DNA from: Thermodesulfobacteriota bacterium
GTDB lineage: Bacteria; Desulfobacterota; Desulfobacteria; Desulfobacterales; C00003060
NCBI GenBank assembly: GCA_034189385.1
Contig: JAXHVD010000004.1
Location: 131,195 to 195,194 of the forward strand
Direction: 5' to 3'
DNA: 64,000 bases
Below are positions 20,887 through 29,810 of the stretch, one piece after another. Every line of letters begins with the position of its first letter. Position 1 is the first letter of the stretch. The position numbers and the translations under genes were made by a program. The notes beneath the pieces were generated by a model. That model made no database searches. It was not told where the DNA came from and saw nothing but the letters and a program-made list of their open reading frames with translations.

Positions 20887-22830
20887 ATGGAAGCAAGTGT
20901 GTGGTGGTTATTCATCTTTGTTTTGGCCTACTGGGCCTACTGTATCACCTGGGGGATTAAGGGGTACATAGCGTCAAAGACGGCATCAGACTATTTTATT
21001 GCCGGCCGCGCCATCCCTACGTGGGTGTATGTGCTTGCAGCCACGGCAACGTCCTTTTCGGGATGGACCTTCATGGGGCATCCTGGACTCTTGTATCGTG
21101 ATGGCTTTCAATATGCCTACGCATCATTTTATGCTATCACGATCCCCTTTACAGGGGTTATGTTCCTGAAAAGGCAGTGGATGCTGGGAAAACGCTTCGG
21201 ATATGTGACGCCGGGTGAAATGTATTCAGATTACTTCAAATCTGATGCGATTAGGATTCTTACAGTCGTTGTGGCCCTCTTCTTTTCCATTCCCTATCTT
21301 GGCGTACAGCTCCGGGCCTCCGGGTTCTTGTTCAACGTTCTAACAAACGGCATGTTTTCCGTCGAGGTCGGCATGTGGCTACTGTCCATCGTGGTTTTTA
21401 TTTATGTGGCTTCCGGTGGACTGAGGGCCGTTGCATATGTGGACACGGTGCAGTGCCTGTTGCTGGCAGGCGGTATTACCGCTATCGGTATCATCGGTAT
21501 TACCTTTGCAGGAGGCTGGTCGGCATTGAACCAAGGCATTGCCCACCTGGCGAGCGTTGACACAAAATTGACAGCTGACGGTTACAGTCACTACATCGCC
21601 ATCCCAGGTGTCATTCAGTTTGTCAGTTCCGGCCCTAAAGCCATGGGCGGCGCCTGGACAGGCATTATGATCCTTTCTTATGCCTTCGCACTCATGGGCA
21701 TTCAGTCCTCGCCGGCTTTCTCCATGTGGTCCTTTGCCAACAAGAATCCCAAACCTTTTGCTCCGCAGCAGGTATGGGCTTCTTCATTTGGTATCGGCGG
21801 CATCCTGATCTTTTTTACGGCCATGCAAGCCTTCTCAGGGCACCTCATCGGTGCGGATACGAAAATGCTGGAAGCAGGATTTGGAAAGGACATCATGAAC
21901 CTTGGGAAAGACCTCATGGAAATGCCAGGGAAGCAAGGAATGATTGTACCGGCACTGATCAATCTCATGCAAAGTACTGCGCCATGGTTGGTCGGGCTCC
22001 TTGCTGTTTGTGCTTTGGCAGCCATGCAATCTACGGGCGCTGCGTACATGTCCACAGCAGGCGGTATGCTGACGCGAGATCTTTACAAACGCTTTCTGTT
22101 TCCAGGGGCTACCCACAAGACACAGAAACTCTTTGGAAGAATCGGTGTTTTTATCATCGTTTTTTCCGCTTTGATTGTTGCCACCACGTCTTCCGACGCC
22201 CTTGTGCTTTTGGGTGGACTGGCTGTTGCCTATGGTTTCCAGATGTGGCCCGCATTGATCGCCATCTGTTACTGGCCTATGCTCAATCGAAAGGGCATCA
22301 CATGGGGACTGATCGCCGGCATCATTGCTGTCACCTGTACGGAAACCATTGGAACAACATGGTTTGGAATCACCGCTTGGGGCCGCTGGCCATGGACTAT
22401 TCATTCCGCTGGCTGGGGGATCATCTTCAATTTCTCTATTGCAGTGATCGTCTCTGCCTTGACGCAGAATGCTGAAGCCCGTGCCCACAGGGAAACATTC
22501 CATGCCTTCCTCAAGGAACATGCTGGACTGTCCAGGGACAAGAAACACCTGGTACCCTTTGCATGGATCTTCGTAGTGGTTTGGTTCTTCTTTGCGCAAG
22601 GACCTGGGGCTGTTGTTGGAAACACCATCTTCGGAAACCCCACTGATTCATCAACCTGGGCGCTGGGCATGCCTTCTATCTGGCTATGGCAGATCATCTG
22701 GTGGGCCCTTGGTGTGCTGATGATGTGGTTTCTCGCATATAAGCTGAACATGTCCACGATTCCTGAAAAAGAAATTGAAGTTCTTATCGAAGACATCGGT
22801 GATATCGCCGTGGCTCCGGCCAAGGCTTGA
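20887..22830 (+). CDS. Sodium:solute symporter, probably monocarboxylate/acetate uptake
   Basis: DYFIAGR, SGWTFMG, GGLRAVAYVD motifs, many TM helices; substrate inferred from context. Confidence 0.88.
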   Translation: MEASVWWLFIFVLAYWAYCITWGIKGYIASKTASDYFIAGRAIPTWVYVLAATATSFSGWTFMGHPGLLYRDGFQYAYASFYAITIPFTGVMFLKRQWMLGKRFGYVTPGEMYSDYFKSDAIRILTVVVALFFSIPYLGVQLRASGFLFNVLTNGMFSVEVGMWLLSIVVFIYVASGGLRAVAYVDTVQCLLLAGGITAIGIIGITFAGGWSALNQGIAHLASVDTKLTADGYSHYIAIPGVIQFVSSGPKAMGGAWTGIMILSYAFALMGIQSSPAFSMWSFANKNPKPFAPQQVWASSFGIGGILIFFTAMQAFSGHLIGADTKMLEAGFGKDIMNLGKDLMEMPGKQGMIVPALINLMQSTAPWLVGLLAVCALAAMQSTGAAYMSTAGGMLTRDLYKRFLFPGATHKTQKLFGRIGVFIIVFSALIVATTSSDALVLLGGLAVAYGFQMWPALIAICYWPMLNRKGITWGLIAGIIAVTCTETIGTTWFGITAWGRWPWTIHSAGWGIIFNFSIAVIVSALTQNAEARAHRETFHAFLKEHAGLSRDKKHLVPFAWIFVVVWFFFAQGPGAVVGNTIFGNPTDSSTWALGMPSIWLWQIIWWALGVLMMWFLAYKLNMSTIPEKEIEVLIEDIGDIAVAPAKA

Positions 22831-22941
22831 TAGGGATAAACCATCATCAAGAAATCGGGCTCGATAAATCGGGGGGGTATATCCCCCCCTTTCCTTGTTT
22901 TTTCGCCCCCTAAGCGGTGTTAAAGGAAGGGATTCTGGGGC

Positions 22942-23181
22942 ATGGATGGAATGAGGATTTGGTACTGGATTTCATCAATTGGGCTTGCCGCTCTTCTCTT
23001 TCGACCTGCCAAAAAGATGATATTTACACAAAGAGTGAGAAAGACCGAACGAAAGCTTGATCGGCAGTTGACTGAAGACGAGAGACGAGACCTGGAAAGA
23101 AGAACGATCCCTATAACCGTATTCATTGTCGTAACCTTTTCCTTCTTATTCAACAGCGTTATTATGAATAAGTATTTTTGA
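22942..23181 (+). CDS. Small two-TM membrane protein
   Basis: Two hydrophobic segments; follows the SSS gene. Confidence 0.65.
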   Translation: MDGMRIWYWISSIGLAALLFRPAKKMIFTQRVRKTERKLDRQLTEDERRDLERRTIPITVFIVVTFSFLFNSVIMNKYF

Positions 23182-23294
23182 TACAATTGGGAAGTCGTTC
23201 TCTCCATCCCGGTTGCATTGGAACCTCAGCTGGCACATGCAAAACCGGACAGGCAAAAGAGGGGGCCTTCGCCGAGCCCTGGCATTTAAACACC

Positions 23295-23864
23295 ATGAAT
23301 AAGAATACACTTGTTGTAATCATCACGCTATCCATACTGGGTGTTGTCGGTTTCTACTATTATAAATACACGGTTATGGAACGCACCCCAGGAGAAAACC
23401 GATACAGGCTCGGAAATAAATATCTTGAAGACGGCGATTATGATAAAGCGCTTCAGACATTCAATGAACTATTACCGGAGAATGTTGAATATAAGGAAGC
23501 TCATCTCGCCAAAGCCATTACCCTTCTGCAAATGGGGCGGCTGGACGAATCCAGGAACTCTTTTGACAGCGCCATCGGATTGGACAGCGATTATGCCCAG
23601 GCTTATGCCAACCGCGGGATTCTGAATGACAGGGCCGGACAGTATGAGGCCGCACTGGCCGATTACAGAAAAGCCCTCGCACTTGACCCCGAATTGGCCG
23701 AGGGCCCTGGATGGCTTTGGAGGTTTCTCCGAAATATTCCAGACCCTCCCCCAACGATTGCCGACAGAGCAGACTATCTGGAAGAGCAGTTAAAGAAGCC
23801 CGAAAGTGAGCGACTTCTTCGGGTGCCGGAATTAGATTCAAAACAAAGGATGTATAAAAAATAA
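23295..23864 (+). CDS. Membrane-anchored TPR protein
   Basis: N-terminal TM helix, TPR motifs (AYANRG...ALADYRKAL). Confidence 0.85.
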   Translation: MNKNTLVVIITLSILGVVGFYYYKYTVMERTPGENRYRLGNKYLEDGDYDKALQTFNELLPENVEYKEAHLAKAITLLQMGRLDESRNSFDSAIGLDSDYAQAYANRGILNDRAGQYEAALADYRKALALDPELAEGPGWLWRFLRNIPDPPPTIADRADYLEEQLKKPESERLLRVPELDSKQRMYKK

Positions 23865-24063
23865 AAGGCGAAGGCATGGAGACAAGTTGGGACAGGGTAT
23901 TTGGAAATACAACTATCAGTGCCATATACGGCAGTACAAAGAATATGAAATATTCTTGGAACGTTGCAAACTGCATGCGTCGTAAGAAGATATCCACTTT
24001 CTAAGGATGCAGATCCTATTTCCAACAGTGGTTTGATTTAGAAGATATTGAAAGGAGGTCTCT

Positions 24064-26097
24064 ATGAGTAAAAAAGAGGTTGTTGAAACATCTGAAGCTC
24101 AAATCGCAGTACACTGGAAAGAAGAGGATTACTACTATCCTTCCTCTAGATTCATTGGCCAAGCCAATCTGACGGATCCTTCGATTTACGAAAGATTCAG
24201 TCTTGAACATTTTCCAGACTACTACACCGAATTTGCTGAAATGCTGACATGGTACAAATACTGGGATGAAGTCTTAGATACTAGTGATGCCCCCTGCTGG
24301 AATTGGTTTAAAGGGGGAAAACTCAATGCAAGTTACAACTGTATTGACCGCCACCTTGAGAAGAATAAAAACAAGACGGCCATTCATTTTGTGCCTGAAC
24401 TTGAAGAGGAAAGAGTTAATCATATCACCTATCAAGAACTCTATGTCAGGGTAAATGAATTTGCCGCCCTTCTTCGTGATTTTGCCGGATTGAAAAAGGG
24501 AGACAGGGTGACGGTGCATATGCCCATGTCAGCCGAGCTTCCCATTACCATGCTGGCTTGCGCACGGTTGGGAGTCATTCATTCCGTCGTATTTGGAGGT
24601 TTTTCTGCCAATGCCTGTGCTGACAGGGTTGTTGATTCCAACAGCAGGGTTCTTGTCACCATGGATGCCTACTATCGAAGTGGGAAACTGCTGAACCACA
24701 AGGATAAAGCTGATGAAGCCGTGGCCATATCAAAAGAGCAAGGCCAGGTTGTTGATAAAGTCCTTGTGTGGCAGCGCTATCCAGGAAGGTCTTCAACTGA
24801 AACGCCCATGGTCGAAGGCAGAGACTATTTTGTTAATGATGTGGTTAAAGATTATTATGGTCACCGTGTTGAACCGGAAAAGATGCTATCAGAAGAGCCG
24901 CTCTTTCTCATGTACACCAGCGGAACGACTGGAAAACCCAAAGGTTGTCAGCACAGCACAGGGGGGTATCTCGCCTATGTCACAGCCATGTCCAAATACA
25001 TTCAGGATATCCACCCTGAGGATGTCTACTGGTGCATGGCTGACATCGGATGGATTACCGGACACTCCTTTATTGTATATGGTCCCCTGTCTCTTTGTGC
25101 TTCTAGTGTTATATATGAAGGGGTACCAACCTATCCTGATGCAGGACGATCATGGAGAATCGCTCAGGAACTGGACGTCAACATATTCCATACAGCCCCT
25201 ACAGCTATCCGTGCCCTAAGAAAGATCGGGCCTGATGAGCCTGCAAAATACAATTATCATTTCAAACATATGACAACAGTGGGTGAACCCATCGAGCCGG
25301 AAGTTTGGAAATGGTATGAATCTGCTGTAGGCAAGGGCGAAGCCATTATTGTTGACACATGGTGGCAGACGGAGACCGGGGGGTTCCTCTGCAGCACCGT
25401 ACCGGCCTTAAAACCGATGAAACCTGGAAGCGCAGGACCTGGGGTTCCAGGCATCCATCCCATTATTTATGACGACGAGGGCAATGAGGTAACCCAGCCT
25501 GGCATTGCAGGAAACATCTGTATTCAAAACCCATGGCCCGGTGGATTCCAGACCATATGGGGCGACAGGGATAGATTCGTTGACACCTATTATGCCAGGT
25601 ACTGCAAGAATCCAGAGAGCAAAGATTGGAGAGACTGGCCTTATCTTGCCGGAGATGCTGCCACCAGGTCAGAAGATGGTTATTTCAGGATCCTGGGCAG
25701 GATCGATGATGTTATCAATGTTTCAGGCCACCGTCTGGGAACCAAAGAAATTGAGTCTGCTGCCCTTGTGGTGCCGCAGGTGGCAGAATCAGCCGTTGTA
25801 CCCGTTGCCCATGATATTAAGGGCAGGGAGCCTGATCTTTATATTGCTCTGAAACCCGGGGCTGAGGCTTCGGAAGAACTGGCAAAGGAAATATCCGAGG
25901 CTGTATGTGATCAAATCGGAAAAATCGCAAAACCAAGAAAAGTGTGGCTTGTTCCGGATATGCCCAAAACCCGCTCTGGAAAGATCATGAGAAGGGTTCT
26001 TGGAGCCATCTCGAACAAGGGTGATGTCGGGGATGTCATGACCCTGGCTAATCCTGAGGTTGTGGAGACAATTAAGGAGATGGTTCAAAAGGATTAG
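24064..26097 (+). CDS. acs: Acetate--CoA ligase, paralog 2
   Basis: Same Acs motifs; clearly diverged from paralog 1. Confidence 0.93.
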   Translation: MSKKEVVETSEAQIAVHWKEEDYYYPSSRFIGQANLTDPSIYERFSLEHFPDYYTEFAEMLTWYKYWDEVLDTSDAPCWNWFKGGKLNASYNCIDRHLEKNKNKTAIHFVPELEEERVNHITYQELYVRVNEFAALLRDFAGLKKGDRVTVHMPMSAELPITMLACARLGVIHSVVFGGFSANACADRVVDSNSRVLVTMDAYYRSGKLLNHKDKADEAVAISKEQGQVVDKVLVWQRYPGRSSTETPMVEGRDYFVNDVVKDYYGHRVEPEKMLSEEPLFLMYTSGTTGKPKGCQHSTGGYLAYVTAMSKYIQDIHPEDVYWCMADIGWITGHSFIVYGPLSLCASSVIYEGVPTYPDAGRSWRIAQELDVNIFHTAPTAIRALRKIGPDEPAKYNYHFKHMTTVGEPIEPEVWKWYESAVGKGEAIIVDTWWQTETGGFLCSTVPALKPMKPGSAGPGVPGIHPIIYDDEGNEVTQPGIAGNICIQNPWPGGFQTIWGDRDRFVDTYYARYCKNPESKDWRDWPYLAGDAATRSEDGYFRILGRIDDVINVSGHRLGTKEIESAALVVPQVAESAVVPVAHDIKGREPDLYIALKPGAEASEELAKEISEAVCDQIGKIAKPRKVWLVPDMPKTRSGKIMRRVLGAISNKGDVGDVMTLANPEVVETIKEMVQKD

Positions 26098-26223
26098 CGG
26101 GTAGTATAGAGTGGACCGGTGAGTGCTGAGAGATTCCATTCATAATGCCCGTTTATGGACACTTAAGTCCTTCACATGTGCTCACAAATTTTTGGGGCCA
26201 GGTTAACGCCTGGCCCTTAGCCC

Positions 26224-26769
26224 GTGCCAGAGCAGCGGGACGGTCTGTTGGATAAGTACTTTAAAAAAGGGGGAATGTTTCTAATGGAACTTATGGGGAG
26301 AATTGAAAAATTCGGGATTATTTTAGTCGGTCTTCTATTTCTAACAGGTATCATGAACTGCGGTGGAGCCAGAAAACAAGCCCAAGCGCCGGAAGCCTTA
26401 ATCAAAGACTATATTGCCAAGCACCAAACCATGGTGGATTTGTCCCTTGCGAACTTATATATAGACAAGGAACAAGACAGTATCACGGAAAAAATCAACC
26501 TTGAAATTGAAAAGAGAAAACACGAGGGTACGCTGCAGAAGATGCAACACGCCTCTTTTGATTTTTCCAATTTAAAAATAGACCTCGTGGGCCAAAAAAA
26601 GGAATATGTTGATGACGAACCAGAAGATTTTCTAAAAATTGCTACAAGCGGCAGTATCATCATGAAGACTGAAGAAGACTCAAAGCACATTCCAATTGAT
26701 GACGTTATTATCCTTGAGAAGGAAGGCAAATCCTGGAAAGTCACAGAAACGATCCATCCTTGGGGTTAA
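26224..26769 (+). CDS. Hypothetical lipoprotein (true start probably about 26275-26293)
   Basis: Hydrophobic stretch ending GIMNC; C-terminal LEKEGKSWKV. Confidence 0.6.
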   Translation: MPEQRDGLLDKYFKKGGMFLMELMGRIEKFGIILVGLLFLTGIMNCGGARKQAQAPEALIKDYIAKHQTMVDLSLANLYIDKEQDSITEKINLEIEKRKHEGTLQKMQHASFDFSNLKIDLVGQKKEYVDDEPEDFLKIATSGSIIMKTEEDSKHIPIDDVIILEKEGKSWKVTETIHPWG

Positions 26770-27158
26770 GTAAGAACCCAAGCCTAGTCTTTTCTGATTT
26801 CAAAATAGCCGGAAGCGTTTGCAGCCGGCTATTTTTTTCGAAACACCTTTATTTCTCGTCGAGTGTCCGCCGAATTTACCAAAGAAACCCTATCCCCGCT
26901 CCGGCTCCGGACCAGGCAATGGCATCTAGTTGCAGGGAGGGGCATCTGGCAAGTCCAGCGTTGACATCTAACGGCATCCCGATGTATTCTACGAAATATA
27001 GCAGGATGCCTCGACCTTTGGTCGAAAAATTTCACTTTATTGATTTAAGAACATGTTTTCCCTTGAGACATCTGCAACTTCAGCTGGAGAGGCCTATGGG
27101 GCTGACAACGGCTCCATGCATCCCCCTGACAAATGTAACTTGTGACACTGTTCGTTGA

Positions 27159-27258
27159 TTGAACCCTCCCCGCGGCCTGCGAAGCACTGCCGTCAGGCAG
27201 AACCTGCGGGGGCTGCGGTAGCTCTCCTGTGGAGAATGCGCTCGCTTATTCGGTTCAA
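27159..27258. repeat. ~100-bp structured dispersed repeat, copy 2
   Basis: Near-identical to 15213-15313. Confidence 0.9.
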
Positions 27259-27284
27259 CAAATCGCCAGAAGAGTAATGGAGCG

Positions 27285-29168
27285 ATGGCTACGATGTCTT
27301 TAAACGACTGGCAGTCAATGGTTGTTACACCGCAAACAGTGATCAAAAAGATCAGGCCGGGTATGAGTATTTTCCTGGGCACGGCCGTGGCCGAACCGCG
27401 CACCATGGTTGGACACCTTATGACCTCCGATGCCAGAAACATGGAAGATCTCGAATTGATTCAAGTCGTCAGTGTGGGAGACGCCGTTTCACTGCAGACA
27501 CTTCAAACCCGGAATTTCCGCCTGAAAACGTTCTTTCCCGGCTGGGTGGCCGATGAAGCCATCGAAGAAGGCCGTGTGGATTTGATACCCAGTCGATTTG
27601 TCAAGATTCCCCAGCGGATTGAATGCCTCCTGAGACCGATTGACGTGGCCATTGTTCAAATTACGCCTCCAAACGAAGCCGGATTCTGCAGCCTCGGTAT
27701 TGCCGTTGATGTGGCCCGGGAAGCCTTGGAACAGGCCACTATTCGTGTTGGCGAAATCAACACACTGATCCCGCGCACCTTTGGCGACACCTTCGTTCAA
27801 GCAACGGAATTTGACTTTCTGGTTGAAGCCACCGACCCCCCCATTTATTTCGACCGCTGGGAGCTAGACAGTACCTGGGATCAGGTGGCAAGGCATGTGG
27901 CCTCACAAATTGAAGACGAAAGCTGTCTGGCCTTTTCTATCGGCCCCCTGTACGAGGCCTTAGCGAAAAGACTGGCAGGCAAGCGTGACTTGGGAATACA
28001 CTCACCGATCTTCACAGATCCCTTAATGGATCTCATGATAGGAGGAACGGCCACCAATCGGCGCAAAGAAAACTTTCGCGGCAAGGCGTTGACATCCTAT
28101 GCCATTGGCACCAAGGAATTGATGGCCTGGCTGGATAACAATCCACTCGTTGAGTTTCAGCGCATCAGCAGGGCATTCAATCCGGTGATTATTGGTAGTA
28201 ATCCGCGCTTTGTCAACGTGGTGGCAGCCCGAAAAGTGGATTTGTATGGTCGAATGGGGCTTTACAGTGGAAAGGGCAATGTGGCGGCCGGACCGGCGGA
28301 AGTGATGGATTTTCTAAACGGCGCAGAATTGTCCGATGGCGGGCACTCTATTTTCGCGCTGACCAGCCGGGACCCCACCGGTGATCCGAACATTTTACTT
28401 TCCATCGCCGATCTACCCAATCAGTTCAATGCTATTGAATCCGTTGGGGCGGTGGTGACGGAACACGGCATCGCCTTTCTTGAAGGACGCACTCTTAGGG
28501 AAAGGGCTCAGGCCCTAATTGACATTGCGCACCCGGAAGACCGGGCCGCCCTAGTGGAAGCCGCCAAAGAGAAAAAGATCCTATACGGCGATCAGATCTT
28601 TCTGGCCGATAGCGCACAGCTGTATCCGTCGGACATCAGGGCAACCCAAACCATTAAAGACGATCTTATTGTAAGATATCGACCAATTCGGCCATCTGAT
28701 GAAGAAGGCATGCGTCATCTCTTTTACAGGTTTTCGGATGAGGCCGTTTACGCTAGATATTTTCACTCCGTAAGCAGCATGCCCCATGAAAAAATGCAGG
28801 AATATGTCAACGTGGACTGGAACCAGGTCATGTCCCTCGTTGGTTTGATCGGCGAAGAGGGCAAGGGGCGTATCATTGCTGAGGCGCGTTACATCAGAAT
28901 TCCGGGCTACTCCTTTGCTGAAACGGTTTTCGTAGTGGACGAAAAGTATCAGCGATTAGGAATTGCTTCATTTCTATATAAAATGCTAATACGGCTGGCC
29001 ATGGAAAGAGGAATAAGAGGATTCACGGCAGACGTGTTGGCTTCCAACAGAAGCATGATGAAAGTATTCCACAAGGGGCCTCTGCCGGTTAAAGCGCATC
29101 TGGAGACCGGTGTCTATCAGCTGGAGATCCCGTTTGATGAGCAGAATAAGACTGAATGCGTTTGTTGA
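27285..29168 (+). CDS. Acetyl-CoA hydrolase/transferase-like domain fused to a C-terminal GNAT
   Basis: PPNEAGFCSLGIAVD and VVTEHGIAFLEGRTLRERA; GNAT motif A YQRLGIAS and VLASNRSM. Confidence 0.85.
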   Translation: MATMSLNDWQSMVVTPQTVIKKIRPGMSIFLGTAVAEPRTMVGHLMTSDARNMEDLELIQVVSVGDAVSLQTLQTRNFRLKTFFPGWVADEAIEEGRVDLIPSRFVKIPQRIECLLRPIDVAIVQITPPNEAGFCSLGIAVDVAREALEQATIRVGEINTLIPRTFGDTFVQATEFDFLVEATDPPIYFDRWELDSTWDQVARHVASQIEDESCLAFSIGPLYEALAKRLAGKRDLGIHSPIFTDPLMDLMIGGTATNRRKENFRGKALTSYAIGTKELMAWLDNNPLVEFQRISRAFNPVIIGSNPRFVNVVAARKVDLYGRMGLYSGKGNVAAGPAEVMDFLNGAELSDGGHSIFALTSRDPTGDPNILLSIADLPNQFNAIESVGAVVTEHGIAFLEGRTLRERAQALIDIAHPEDRAALVEAAKEKKILYGDQIFLADSAQLYPSDIRATQTIKDDLIVRYRPIRPSDEEGMRHLFYRFSDEAVYARYFHSVSSMPHEKMQEYVNVDWNQVMSLVGLIGEEGKGRIIAEARYIRIPGYSFAETVFVVDEKYQRLGIASFLYKMLIRLAMERGIRGFTADVLASNRSMMKVFHKGPLPVKAHLETGVYQLEIPFDEQNKTECVC

Positions 29169-29244
29169 GGGGGCAGATGCCGATATAACATGTTGCATTT
29201 GCAATTCTTTTATGTTCAACCCGCCACTCTTGCTCCACTGGATT

Positions 29245-29489
29245 GGTTAACTTGTTCAGAGGCTTATACCGACAGAGGGATGGTGAATGACAGAGTCAGA
29301 CAGTATAGAACCGCACGAAACGATGAGAGAAAAGGCCTTAAACTTTACCCCCAAACTGGCCGAGGGCCTCGATGGCTTTGGACGTTTCTCCGAAATATTC
29401 CTGCCCCCCAACCATTCTCGATGGCCTAGATTATCTGGAAGAGCAGTCTAAGAAGCCCGAAAGTGAGCGACCTCCTCCAGTACCGGAAT
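29245..29489 (+). pseudogene. Degenerate copy of the 3' half of the TPR gene
   Basis: Colinear with about 23585-23831 (e.g. GATGGCTTTGGA.GTTTCTCCGAAATATTCC, TATCTGGAAGAGCAG, AAGAAGCCCGAAAGTGAGCGAC) but frameshifted. Confidence 0.85.
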
Positions 29490-29810
29490 GGCCTCTTATC
29501 TTGAAAAAATATCCAGTTCTGTGATAAGCTTTAGTGTTGCGTATGTAAAACGTTGCCGTCATGTCGGCGTCGGATTGTCCTCCAGAAGGGTTTTTATTTG
29601 GCGCGTAACCCCAACAAAAACAGACGAAAGGCTTGTCTTCGGTCATACCAACTGCCCAGGCGCAGGCCGGGGAAGATATGTCCTGCTCCTCGGGCCCGGA
29701 TCCCCGAGAATGGGTTCCTGAGATTGACAGAGCCATAAGCAATCAAATCCTGATGGCAAAAAGTCCGCCGAAGACGGATGACCAAGGCATCAAGACGGGA
29801 GGGAACCAGG

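Noticed and set aside
18753..22599. Long antisense and alternate-frame ORFs over acs and the symporter
   Set aside because: Shadows of well-supported genes, with no motifs of their own.
26920..26934. Sigma54-like TGGCATCTAGTTGCA
   Set aside because: GG to GC spacing is 9 nt, not the required 10.
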